From an uncultured bacterium (GTDB taxonomy: Bacteria; Eisenbacteria; RBG-16-71-46; CAIMUX01; VGJL01): a DNA stretch of 64,000 bases. Of this stretch, positions 55,441 through 64,000 are shown one piece after another. The stretch is from assembly GCA_964575675.1 (NCBI GenBank), contig CAZNRY010000002.1:2187-66186 (forward strand), given 5' to 3'. Below the pieces are notes generated by a model. The model had not been told where the DNA came from and searched no databases. It saw nothing but the letters and a program-made list of their open reading frames with translations. The number at the start of each line of letters is the position of its first letter. The first letter of the stretch is position 1. A program made the position numbers and the translations under genes.

Positions 55441-57249
55441 ATGAACGCGTTGCGCCTTGTGCTCCTATCCGGATTGCTGCTCTTGGCCGCACAGCCGCAA
55501 GCCCTGGCCGCCGAACGGCTGGGGGAGCTCAGTTCGCCGTCGGCCCTGCAGGCGATCGAGAGCGCATATGATGCGGGAGAGATCGGTCAGGCGGAGGCGC
55601 TCCTCTACAAGCTGTATGCGCTCCACCAATCGGCCCGCCTTCCGGAGAAGTACCGTGTCGCCGGGGCTGTGCCCGTGAAGTGCGGTACGCAGATCGTCCT
55701 TGAAGTGCAGGAAAGTCTCGCCTCGATGCCGGGCAAGATCGCGCAGGAAGCAGCGGCGCTGCTGGCCCGTCCGACCCTCGACTCCTACATCGACACGACA
55801 CACTTCCGCGTGCACTATGCCACCACGGGGACCGACATGGTCTCTGGCTGGCCGGACGCGACCTATCGCGACGCCGTGATGGACGCTTGCGAAACGAGCT
55901 GGGCCCTCTTCCACACCACCAACGGCTGGCCGGCACCTCCGTCCGACGGGGCCGCGGGAGGCGGAAGCGCCCTGATCGACTGCTACGTCGACGATCTCGG
56001 GACGGGCGCGTACGGCGTGACCTATTCAGAGAGCATCGTCGCCGGCGGGCATCCGTTCGACTACACCTCGTACTTCGTCATCGACAACGACTATGTCGGA
56101 TTCGGCTACGCGGACAACAAACTTCCCATGCGCGTCACGGTGGCGCATGAGTATCATCATGTGATCCAGATGGGGCTCAACGCGCAGGGCAGCGGCGGCT
56201 GGTTCATGGAGAACACAGCGACGTTCGTGGAGGACGAGGTCTACGACTCGATCAACGACAACTACAACTACCTCTCCCTCATGCTTGCCAACCCGTGGAA
56301 AGAACTGAAGACCGCCAACGGAGGGTTCGAGTACGGCGCCTTCATCTGGCCGACCTATCTTACCGAGGGAATCGGAGGGCACGCCCTCGTTCGGGACACC
56401 TGGGTCGAGTACGCGGATCTCACGAACCTCTACACCTGTTTCGATAACAATCTGGCCCCGTACGGTAAGAACCTCGACACGGCGATGGCGCAGTGGGCGA
56501 CCTGGAATCTCTTCACCTGGCTCCATGATGATGGGAACCACTACGTGGAGGGTTCCGACTATCACTACTACCAGGCCTACGACAAGAACATCACGACCTA
56601 TCCGCAGACGAACGTCCATCCGACCTCGACGAAGAAGCCGGCCGGTCTCGGCGCTAACATCACCCGTTTCGCGCGGCAGACGGGATCCACCGACAATAAG
56701 ATCACCGTCACCTACCAGGTCCTGAACGCCTGCTCGTACAATCACGTCATCTCCTTCATGCGGAAGATCGCGAGCCAGTCGGTCTGGGATGTGTGGGACG
56801 TCCCGGTCGACGCGACGGGAGCCGCCTCGTTCGAGATGACCCAGTGGGACCAGACGGAGTACATGTACATGGTCGTTGCGATGAAACGCGGCTGCGCCCT
56901 GGCGGGCACGGACTTCCAGTTCAGCGCCTCGACGACCTACACGGTTGATGTGGCCGACCTGGCCCCAACGCGTGCGCTTCGCCTCGATCAGAACAGCCCG
57001 AATCCGTTCAATCCATCGACCGCGATCCGCTTTTCACTTCCCGAGCCGGGATCCGTCCGTCTCGTCGTGCACGATGCGGCGGGGCGCGAGATCAGAAGCC
57101 TGGTCGACTCGGTCCTTCCGGCCGGCGAGCAGGAAGTGCACTGGGGCGGGACCGACGACGCGGGCCGCCTTGTAGCAAGCGGCGTCTACTTCTGCACCCT
57201 CGAGGCGAACGGAGGGAAGACGGTCCGCAAGATGATCCTGTCTCGGTAG
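55441..57249 (+). CDS. Secreted HExxH zinc metallopeptidase with T9SS C-terminal sorting domain.
   Basis: Start ATG 55441 with GGAGGAGGG upstream. Signal peptide MNALRLVLLSGLLLLAAQPQALA. Zincin motif VAHEYHHVIQMG. CTD LDQNSPNPFNPSTAIRFSLPEPGSVRLVVHDAAGREIRSL...GVYFCTLEANGGKTVRKMIL. Confidence 0.7.
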   Translation: MNALRLVLLSGLLLLAAQPQALAAERLGELSSPSALQAIESAYDAGEIGQAEALLYKLYALHQSARLPEKYRVAGAVPVKCGTQIVLEVQESLASMPGKIAQEAAALLARPTLDSYIDTTHFRVHYATTGTDMVSGWPDATYRDAVMDACETSWALFHTTNGWPAPPSDGAAGGGSALIDCYVDDLGTGAYGVTYSESIVAGGHPFDYTSYFVIDNDYVGFGYADNKLPMRVTVAHEYHHVIQMGLNAQGSGGWFMENTATFVEDEVYDSINDNYNYLSLMLANPWKELKTANGGFEYGAFIWPTYLTEGIGGHALVRDTWVEYADLTNLYTCFDNNLAPYGKNLDTAMAQWATWNLFTWLHDDGNHYVEGSDYHYYQAYDKNITTYPQTNVHPTSTKKPAGLGANITRFARQTGSTDNKITVTYQVLNACSYNHVISFMRKIASQSVWDVWDVPVDATGAASFEMTQWDQTEYMYMVVAMKRGCALAGTDFQFSASTTYTVDVADLAPTRALRLDQNSPNPFNPSTAIRFSLPEPGSVRLVVHDAAGREIRSLVDSVLPAGEQEVHWGGTDDAGRLVASGVYFCTLEANGGKTVRKMILSR

Positions 57250-57278
57250 CGCGCACCCCAGGGATCGTCCCTGCATTT

Positions 57279-57320
57279 GAGACCCGGACCGGCGCCGCCG
57301 GCCCGGGTCTCTGTCTTGCT
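57279..57320 (+). terminator. Rho-independent terminator after the metallopeptidase gene.
   Basis: 9-bp GC-rich stem GAGACCCGG / CCGGGTCTC enclosing a further paired GC segment, followed by TGTCTTGCT. Confidence 0.6.
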
Positions 57321-57334
57321 GCCCGCTCCCCGCG

Positions 57335-59665
57335 ATGGGGATGCAGGGACACTATCCCGGCGGGGCGGCGCCCCGGCGGCCGGGTCTACCGGGGGTCGTC
57401 CCCCTCTGCCTCACGTTTCTCCCGGCCTTTCTATTGAGTGGGGGGCTCGAGGGGGCCGCATGGTTCGCGGGCTTCGGTGCAGCCTGCGCCGTCGCAGGGG
57501 CGGCCGCGGCCGTGTCGAAAGAGCAACGCCGAGGACGGCTCTGCGACTGGCTTCTGATCGCGTCTGTGGCATGTCTGGGGATTGGTTGGGGCTCCTTTCG
57601 GACGCCGCCCGCTCCTGTCCCCATGGGGGTGCCCGAGCTCGTCGTCAGGGGAACGATCCACGAGGGCGGTCTCGGGTGGGAGGCGCGCGAGGTGTCGATC
57701 GCCCGCGCGGGGCGCTGGTATCCGGTCTCCGGCCGTTTCCTGGTCCTCGGCGACGGCCTGCTCGAAGGGCTTTTCATCGCCCGAGGGTTCATCGTCTCTC
57801 TCGATGAGCCGCGCTTGCCTGGTCTCGCCGACCGGAGCCGGGGCGCCCGGTGGAGTCTGATCCGAGGGAAGATCGACGCGGCCCGTGCATGGTTCGTCCC
57901 GAATGGGGGAGAGAGCCCGCGGGAGGGTTGGCGCCATCGGTTGCGCGGCGCGCTCGCGAGCAGGGTCGGGCGGTCCCTGCCGGTCGAAGTGCGGACCATC
58001 ATCCCGATGCTGATCTGGGGCGAGCGGGCGACGGTTGATCCCGAGATCGAGCGGATCTTCCGCGGCACGGGCACGATGCATCTCCTTGCGATTTCAGGGC
58101 TCCACGTCAGCCTGGTCGCGATCCTGCTCGAGTTTCTCCTTCGTCTCGTCCTGAGGCGTCCAATCGTGCGAGTCCTCGCCGTTCTCGGCGTTCTCTACGG
58201 CTACGGCGCGATGGTCGGCCCGATGCCCTCGGTCGTACGGTCGATCGTGATGGCGGCGTGCATCTTGATCGCCCGCGCTCTCGGACGATCGGGGGGGACC
58301 GCCGTCGCGTGGTGGATCTCGCTCCTCGTCGTGGGTTGCTTCACGCCCGGGGAGATCCCGCGTGCAGGGATGCAGCTCTCCTTCGGCGGGACGGCGGCGC
58401 TGATCCTCTGCCCGAAGACGCCGAAGGTCATCGCGCCCCTTTTCACTTCGGCCGTTGCCGTTGCGGTGACGTCCGGCGTTCTCTGGGCGCACTTCGGGGA
58501 GAGCGCGCCGATGGCGATCGTCGCGAACTTGACCGGGATTCCCGCCTTCGCGCCGGTCCTCGTCTCGGTTCTCTGGGGACTCGCATTGGGGAATCCGGCG
58601 GGATGGACACTGCAGGCGATCGCATGGGGGCCGGCCCGCCTCTTCTCGTCCGCGTGGATAGGCCCCCTCGCCTTCCTTCTGCCCGCAGGGGAAGCGGTGA
58701 TCGTTCGGGCCGGCTGTGGCGAGCTGGTGGGGCTCGGGAGCACGGTCGCAATCCTCGTGGTCCTCGCCCTTCACCGGCGGTTTCCGAGTCGGCGCGCCAT
58801 CCCCGTCTTCGCGGCTGCCGGGGCACTGGCGCTCTCGTTGTCTCCCGTTGTCGTCCCGCTCATTCGCGGACAGCCCCGCGCGGATCTGGAGGCGGTCATC
58901 CTTCCGGTCGGTCAGGGCGATGCCACCCTGATCCGCGCAGAGGGAGGAGGCGTCTATCTGATCGACACGGGACCGGGAGGGATGGACGGTTCCCGGGGGC
59001 GCCGAGCCCTCGCCCCCGCCCTCCGGGCCCACGGAGCCCTCCGGTTGCGCGGGGTGTTCCTCACGCACGGCGACGAGGATCACGTGGGAGGTCTGCGCGG
59101 ACTCCTCACGGCGGGGATAAAGGTCGATACGCTCTATCTCAGCCGCGGCGACGGCTACCGTCTCCTCCTTCCGGCCTCCCGCGTACCGGTCGTGCGCATG
59201 ATCTCTGCGCCGTGGTCTCTGCGGGATGGTCCGCTGACGATCGACATCCTCGCGCCGCGCACGGAGGAGCAGCAGAATCTTGGAAACGCGGGATCCCTCG
59301 TGCTCCGAGTGCGCGCGGCGGGCGGATCCCTTCTGTTGCCGGGAGATCTGGGAGGGGAGGAAGAGGAGCGCCTCGCGGCGTCGGGTGGCCTCGAGCCCGC
59401 CCAGGTCCTGCTCGCAGGGCACCACGGCAGCGGGCACTCGAGCGGGGATCTTTGGTGCGATCGGCTGCGCCCGCGTCTTGCGCTGATATCGTGCGGGGCT
59501 CGCAACCGCCACGGACATCCGGCGCCGGCGACCTTGGCCCGATTCGCGCTGCGCGGGATCGAGGTCCATCGGACAGACCGGGAGGGATCGCTCGAGTTGC
59601 GATGGGTCGGAGGAGTGATGCACCTGAGGCGCGGCGGTTGTGGGGCGTGGGGGGGTGTGCTATAA
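57335..59665 (+). CDS. comEC: DNA internalisation-related competence protein ComEC/Rec2 (competence domain plus metallo-beta-lactamase domain).
   Basis: Competence-domain motif GTGTMHLLAISGLHVSLVA. C-terminal MBL motifs FLTHGDEDHVGG and AGHHGSGHS. Multiple TM segments. Confidence 0.8.
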   Translation: MGMQGHYPGGAAPRRPGLPGVVPLCLTFLPAFLLSGGLEGAAWFAGFGAACAVAGAAAAVSKEQRRGRLCDWLLIASVACLGIGWGSFRTPPAPVPMGVPELVVRGTIHEGGLGWEAREVSIARAGRWYPVSGRFLVLGDGLLEGLFIARGFIVSLDEPRLPGLADRSRGARWSLIRGKIDAARAWFVPNGGESPREGWRHRLRGALASRVGRSLPVEVRTIIPMLIWGERATVDPEIERIFRGTGTMHLLAISGLHVSLVAILLEFLLRLVLRRPIVRVLAVLGVLYGYGAMVGPMPSVVRSIVMAACILIARALGRSGGTAVAWWISLLVVGCFTPGEIPRAGMQLSFGGTAALILCPKTPKVIAPLFTSAVAVAVTSGVLWAHFGESAPMAIVANLTGIPAFAPVLVSVLWGLALGNPAGWTLQAIAWGPARLFSSAWIGPLAFLLPAGEAVIVRAGCGELVGLGSTVAILVVLALHRRFPSRRAIPVFAAAGALALSLSPVVVPLIRGQPRADLEAVILPVGQGDATLIRAEGGGVYLIDTGPGGMDGSRGRRALAPALRAHGALRLRGVFLTHGDEDHVGGLRGLLTAGIKVDTLYLSRGDGYRLLLPASRVPVVRMISAPWSLRDGPLTIDILAPRTEEQQNLGNAGSLVLRVRAAGGSLLLPGDLGGEEEERLAASGGLEPAQVLLAGHHGSGHSSGDLWCDRLRPRLALISCGARNRHGHPAPATLARFALRGIEVHRTDREGSLELRWVGGVMHLRRGGCGAWGGVL

Positions 59666-59687
59666 GGAGCACTCGGAGGAACCGGCC

Positions 59688-60605
59688 ATGGAAACGCCAT
59701 TCCGCAGCCTCTCCGATCACGGACTTGCCGCTTCCCACACAGGGAAGGTGCGAGAGATCCTCGATCTGGGAGACCACCTGATCCTCGTCACGACCGACCG
59801 CATCTCTGCCTTCGACTGTGTTCTACCCACTCCCGTTCCCGGAAAGGGGAAGCTGCTGAACCGGATCTCGGCCCACTGGTTCCGTGCGCTCGCCCCGATC
59901 GTCCCGACCCACTTCGTTTCCGACAGCGATGCGGACTTCCCCCCTGATTTGGGATCGATCTGCGCTGCGGTCCGTGACCGCTGGATGCTCGTGCGCAAGG
60001 CGCGCCGGATACCGATCGAATGCGTGGTTCGCGGTCATCTCGCGGGATCGGGTCTGCAGGAGTACCGGGAGAAGGGAACGGTGGGAGGGATCGCCGTGAC
60101 GCGGGGGATCCCCGCCCACGGGAGACTCCCCGAGCCGCTCTTCACGCCGACGACCAAGGAGGATTTGGGCCACGATCGAGCCCTGTCGTTCGACGAGCTT
60201 CAGGAGACGGTCGGCGACGACCTCGCCGCGCGCCTTCGGGATCTCTCGGTCCGGATATTCACAGTGGCGGAGCGTTTCGCGGGCTCTTGCGGGCTAACCC
60301 TCGTCGACACGAAGTTCGAGTTCGGGTGGATCGATCGAGAACTCTGCCTCATCGACGAGGCGCTGACGCCCGATTCGTCGCGCTACTGGGATGCCCGGAC
60401 GCAGGAATCGGCACAACCGATATCCCTCGACAAGGAGTATGTCCGCGAGTACCTGAAGGGGCTTGCATGGGACCGCAATCCGCCGGCCCCGCCTCTGCCG
60501 GAAGATCGAATCGCGGAGACCTTTCGGAGATATCGTGTCGTGCACGATCGTTTGGGCGTCGGGGGGGTGATCCCCGATCTTCGGGAGATTCAGGGCGCCG
60601 CATGA
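59688..60605 (+). CDS. purC: Phosphoribosylaminoimidazole-succinocarboxamide (SAICAR) synthase.
   Basis: GKVREILDLGDHLILVTTDRISAFD, LVDTKFEFG. The track start (59640) is an upstream extension. Confidence 0.85.
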   Translation: METPFRSLSDHGLAASHTGKVREILDLGDHLILVTTDRISAFDCVLPTPVPGKGKLLNRISAHWFRALAPIVPTHFVSDSDADFPPDLGSICAAVRDRWMLVRKARRIPIECVVRGHLAGSGLQEYREKGTVGGIAVTRGIPAHGRLPEPLFTPTTKEDLGHDRALSFDELQETVGDDLAARLRDLSVRIFTVAERFAGSCGLTLVDTKFEFGWIDRELCLIDEALTPDSSRYWDARTQESAQPISLDKEYVREYLKGLAWDRNPPAPPLPEDRIAETFRRYRVVHDRLGVGGVIPDLREIQGAA

Positions 60606-62173
60606 TTCCCGTCCGCACAGCGCTCCTGTCGGCCTTCCACAAGGAAGGCCTGGATGCTCTTGCCGGGGTCCTGGTCGAGACGGGAGCCCAGATTCTCAGC
60701 ACCGGCGGCACCTTCGTCTGGCTCAGCGAGCGCGGCTTCCCGGTCACCGCCCTCGATGAGTGGGCGGGCCTCCCCTCGCTCTTCGGGGGCCGGGTGAAGA
60801 CGCTCCACCCGCGGGTTCACGGCGGGATTCTCTACCGGCGCGGGGAGCCGTCCGACGAGCATGAGCGGGTCGCGCACGGGATCGCCCCGATCGACCTTGT
60901 GGCCGTCGACCTCTATCCGTTCGAGGAGACGCTCTCGACCGAAGGCGCAGGGAGGGAGGCCATGATCGAGATGATCGACATCGGCGGGCCGGCGATGCTG
61001 CGTTCCGCCGCCAAGAATCACCGATCGGTTCTCGCCGTCTGCGACGCCCGGGATTACGGCCGGGTGGCGGAGGCCCTGCGCGCGGGGGGGGGGAGCATAG
61101 AGGAAGGTTTCGCCGCGGAAATGGCGGCAAAGGTGTTTCGCAGGACGGCGCGCTACGACGCGGCGATCGCCGCGTTTCTCGAATCGGGCCCCGCAGCGTC
61201 GGCGGAACTGCCGGACGGTTTCGCCTGCGGCGCGCCCCTCCTCTGGAAGCTCAGGTATGGGGAGAACCCTACGCAGCGGGGGGCATTCTACGGACCAGGC
61301 GAGGGATTTCCGGGCGGGTTGACGAAGCTCCAGGGCAAGGAGATCTCCTTCAACAACCTCCAGGATCTGGACGCGGCTGCCGAGCTGGTGCGGTCGCTCG
61401 GACCATCTCCGGCCGCCGTCGTGATCAAGCACGCGACACCCTGCGGGGCCGCAATCGCAGATGACGTTCTGAGCGCGTTTCGCGCAGCGCGCGAGAGCGA
61501 CTCCCTTTCCGCCTTCGGGGGAGTCGTCGCGCTCAACCGCACTGTCGACGGCCCTTGCGGTGCGGAGTTGGCGGCGAGGTTCCTGGAGGTCGTGGCGGCC
61601 CCCTCGTTCTTGCCCGAAGCGAGGGAACGCCTTGGCGCGAAAAGGAACCTGATCGTGCTTGAGGGCGAGGCGCTCCTCGGATCCGGCGCCGGCGGCGCGA
61701 GATCCCGACCCGCATTCAGAGGTTTGGGCGCCGGGATTCTCGTCCAGGATCCGTTTCCTGCCTCTCTTGGCGAGACGGGATGGCGCGTCGCGAGTCGAAG
61801 GGCGCCGTCGCCGGCGGAGCAACGATCCCTTCTCTTCGCGTGGAAGGTCGTTCGGGCTGTCCGTTCGAATGGGATTGTCCTTGCGAGGGAGGGAAGGATC
61901 CTCGGGATTGGCGGAGGACAGACAAGCCGGATCGACGCCCTTTGGGTTGCGATTCACAAGGCGCGCCGGGAGGGTCACGACCTGGCGGGCAGCGTGATGG
62001 CTTCCGATGCCTTCTTCCCGTTCCCGGACTGCGTCGAGGAAGCGGCCACCGTTGGGGTCGCGGCCGTCATCCAGCCAGGGGGATCGAAGCGCGACGTGGA
62101 ATCGATCGAGGCCGCGGACCGGGCCGGCATCGCGATGGTGATGAATGACGCTCGGTGTTTCCGGCACGGATAG
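60602..62173 (+). CDS. purH: Bifunctional AICAR transformylase / IMP cyclohydrolase.
   Basis: MIPVRTALLSAFHKEGLDALAGVLVETGAQILSTGGT (MGS-like domain), KTLHPRVHGGIL. ATGA overlap with purC. Confidence 0.85.
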   Translation: MIPVRTALLSAFHKEGLDALAGVLVETGAQILSTGGTFVWLSERGFPVTALDEWAGLPSLFGGRVKTLHPRVHGGILYRRGEPSDEHERVAHGIAPIDLVAVDLYPFEETLSTEGAGREAMIEMIDIGGPAMLRSAAKNHRSVLAVCDARDYGRVAEALRAGGGSIEEGFAAEMAAKVFRRTARYDAAIAAFLESGPAASAELPDGFACGAPLLWKLRYGENPTQRGAFYGPGEGFPGGLTKLQGKEISFNNLQDLDAAAELVRSLGPSPAAVVIKHATPCGAAIADDVLSAFRAARESDSLSAFGGVVALNRTVDGPCGAELAARFLEVVAAPSFLPEARERLGAKRNLIVLEGEALLGSGAGGARSRPAFRGLGAGILVQDPFPASLGETGWRVASRRAPSPAEQRSLLFAWKVVRAVRSNGIVLAREGRILGIGGGQTSRIDALWVAIHKARREGHDLAGSVMASDAFFPFPDCVEEAATVGVAAVIQPGGSKRDVESIEAADRAGIAMVMNDARCFRHG

Positions 62174-62185
62174 AAGGGTGGCAGG

Positions 62186-63706
62186 GTGATCGGGATCCTC
62201 GATTTCGGCAGCCAGTACAACCTGTTGATCGCCCGGCGGGTGCGCCAACTCGGGGTCTATGCGGAGCTTTTCCCTTTCGATGTCGATCTCGCGTCCTTAC
62301 AGCGAAAGGGCGTGCGCGCCCTGATCCTCTCTGGGGGACCCGCCTCCGCCTTGGATGGCCGCTACATGCCGCGCCGTGAGCTTCTCGATGCGGGGCTGCC
62401 GATCCTTGGGATCTGCTACGGGATGCAGATCGTGAGCCATCTGCTCGGCGGAGAGGTCGTACGCGGGGAGAAGGGCGAGTACGGGAGGCAGATCTTGAGG
62501 CCGATCGGTGAACCCCAGCTCCTCGCCGGTCTACGAGAGCCGATCGAGGTTTGGATGAGCCATGGGGACCTCGTCGGTCGGCCGCCCGAGGGCTTCGAAA
62601 CGGTCGCGCGAACAGAAACATGCCCGCACGCGGTCGCGCAGGATCCAGAACGAGGAATCTACCTCGTCCAGTTTCATCCGGAGGTGAGCCATACGCCGCA
62701 GGGGACGCGGGTGCTCTCAAACTTCCTCTTCGAGATCGCGAGGCTCGAGCGAGGGTGGGACATGGGCGACTTCGCCTCCCGCTCGGTGACGGCGATTCGC
62801 GAGGCTGTCGGATCGGGCTCGGCCGTTTGCGGCGTGAGCGGCGGCGTTGATTCCACCGTGGCGGCAGTCCTCTGCGAGAGGGCGATCGGAGAGCGCCTGC
62901 ACGGCATATTCGTCGACACAGGACTTCTCCGGGAGGGGGAGTCGGACTGGGTCGAATCGAGGCTCACGGCCCTAGGGGTGCGCCTCCATCGGATCGATGC
63001 CGCACGGCGGTTTGTCGGAGAGCTTGCGGGGATCACCGATCCGGAGGAGAAGCGGAAGCGAATCGGCCGGCTCTTCATCGAGGAGTTCGACGCGGCGGCC
63101 CGGCGAATCGGAGAGATCGATTTTCTCGTTCAGGGAACCTTGTACCCCGATGTGATCGAATCGCAGGGCGCGCGGGGCCCCGCCTCGCGAATCAAGAGCC
63201 ATCACAACGTCGGAGGACTGCCGGAGCGGATGCGGCTGCGCCTGGTCGAGCCGTTGCGCGAGCTATTCAAGGATGAGGTGCGAGACGTCGGCCGCCGCCT
63301 GGGAATCCCCGAGGAGTTCCTGGGCCGCCATCCGTTCCCGGGGCCGGGTCTCGCCGTCCGGATCATCGGAGAGGTGACGGAGGAGCGGCTCGCCCTCGTT
63401 CGCGCGTCCGACCGCATCTTCATCGACGAGTTGCGGAGCAGCGGCACATACGATTCGGTTTGGCAGGCGTTCACCGCGCTCTTGCCGGTCCATTCCGTCG
63501 GGGTGATGGGGGACGAGCGAACCTACGGCGTGACGATCGCCCTGCGTGCGGTGACATCGGTCGATGGGATGACCGCCGATTGGGCCCGGCTTCCGGCAGA
63601 GGTTCTGGAGCGGACGGCCAATCGGATCGTCAACGAGGTCCAGGGGGTCAATCGGGTGGTCTACGACGTGACGAGCAAACCCCCGGCGACGATCGAGTGG
63701 GAGTGA
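62186..63706 (+). CDS. guaA: GMP synthase (glutamine-hydrolysing).
   Basis: GATase block ILGICYGMQ. ATP-PPase P-loop CGVSGGVDSTV. C-terminal dimerisation domain ending TIEWE. Confidence 0.9.
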   Translation: MIGILDFGSQYNLLIARRVRQLGVYAELFPFDVDLASLQRKGVRALILSGGPASALDGRYMPRRELLDAGLPILGICYGMQIVSHLLGGEVVRGEKGEYGRQILRPIGEPQLLAGLREPIEVWMSHGDLVGRPPEGFETVARTETCPHAVAQDPERGIYLVQFHPEVSHTPQGTRVLSNFLFEIARLERGWDMGDFASRSVTAIREAVGSGSAVCGVSGGVDSTVAAVLCERAIGERLHGIFVDTGLLREGESDWVESRLTALGVRLHRIDAARRFVGELAGITDPEEKRKRIGRLFIEEFDAAARRIGEIDFLVQGTLYPDVIESQGARGPASRIKSHHNVGGLPERMRLRLVEPLRELFKDEVRDVGRRLGIPEEFLGRHPFPGPGLAVRIIGEVTEERLALVRASDRIFIDELRSSGTYDSVWQAFTALLPVHSVGVMGDERTYGVTIALRAVTSVDGMTADWARLPAEVLERTANRIVNEVQGVNRVVYDVTSKPPATIEWE

Positions 63707-63715
63707 CGGAGAACC

Positions 63716-64000
63716 CGGTGATCCGCCGCCTCGACGGCGCCCCGCGGTTGGGCGCGCGCGCGCTGCAGATCGCCTGCCTCGTGTTCGTCCTCGCCGTCCA
63801 GATCGCCGGGGCCGCCGCGTGGCCTGATCTGGCGGCGGAACCGATTCCGCCGGAATCTGTCCCCGAGATGGTCACGCCGCCCGAGCGGGCGGAGCATGAT
63901 TCAACGAGGCGCGCTCTACATCGGACCCTTCTGTCGGCTGAAATGCCGGCTGCGCCGAGCGGCACCTCGCCTCGCCTGATCGCGTGGCTCGTCCATTCGG
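63716..64000 (+). CDS. Possible 5' end of a membrane protein gene; partial, running off the window.
   Basis: GTG 63716 opens a frame encoding VIRRLDGAPRLGARALQIACLVFVLAVQIAGAAAWP... (a hydrophobic segment). No further support. Confidence 0.25.

Noticed and set aside
1-64000. Looked for CRISPR repeats, IS elements or transposases, integrases, phage genes and toxin-antitoxin pairs.
   Set aside because: No regularly spaced direct repeats, no transposase or integrase-like ORFs, and no long terminal inverted repeats were seen. The window looks like core chromosome.

Overview
This is a high-GC (~68-70%) bacterial chromosomal segment. Long R/P/G-rich antisense ORFs in the six-frame track are frame artefacts and were ignored. 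Lineage is probably non-Bacteroidetes FCB-superphylum-like (for example Gemmatimonadota-like), inferred from three proteins carrying T9SS-type C-terminal sorting domains and a bS22-like mini ribosomal protein. Gene content, 5' to 3':

- **1-4 kb:** DUF1028 hydrolase, alkyltransferase-like (ATL) protein, gamma-carbonic-anhydrase-like protein, mitochondrial-type aconitase.
- **4.2-4.9 kb:** an orphan ParA ATPase followed by a strong terminator.
- **5.1-16.8 kb:** a tightly overlapping 10-gene heme biosynthesis operon (hemX-like/ccsA, hemA, hemC, a TetR::hemD fusion, hemB, hemL, hemE, hemN, hemH, hemY), preceded by a perfect 16-bp palindrome.
- **17.3-24.3 kb (all minus strand):** NarL-type response regulator, ~1000-aa multi-PAS/GAF HisKA_3 kinase, chorismate mutase/prephenate dehydrogenase, DAHP synthase, YchF.
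- **24.5-27.2 kb:** long transketolase-family enzyme and a single-repeat UPF0016/GDT1-like gene.
- **27.5-30.9 kb:** a four-gene translationally coupled operon of uncharacterised membrane proteins.
- **31.0-36.1 kb:** small hypothetical protein, BaiN-like flavoprotein, and an orphan error-prone polymerase dnaE2 preceded by a promoter-overlapping palindrome.
- **36-57 kb:** T9SS-related cluster and neighbours:
  - a large CTD-bearing secreted protein;
  - pyrE;
  - an FN3 lipoprotein;
  - an M23 peptidase;
  - accA;
  - trm112;
  - a PorU-like C25 peptidase whose signal peptide lies upstream of any canonical start codon;
  - an unannotated 31-aa bS22-like ORF plus terminator;
  - RNase R;
  - a PilZ protein;
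  - a PorV-like outer-membrane barrel;
  - a PEGA-domain membrane protein behind a sigma54-like promoter;
  - a HExxH metallopeptidase with CTD behind a strong sigma70 promoter.
- **57-64 kb:** comEC, then purC-purH-guaA.

No rRNA, tRNA, CRISPR array or transposase was found.
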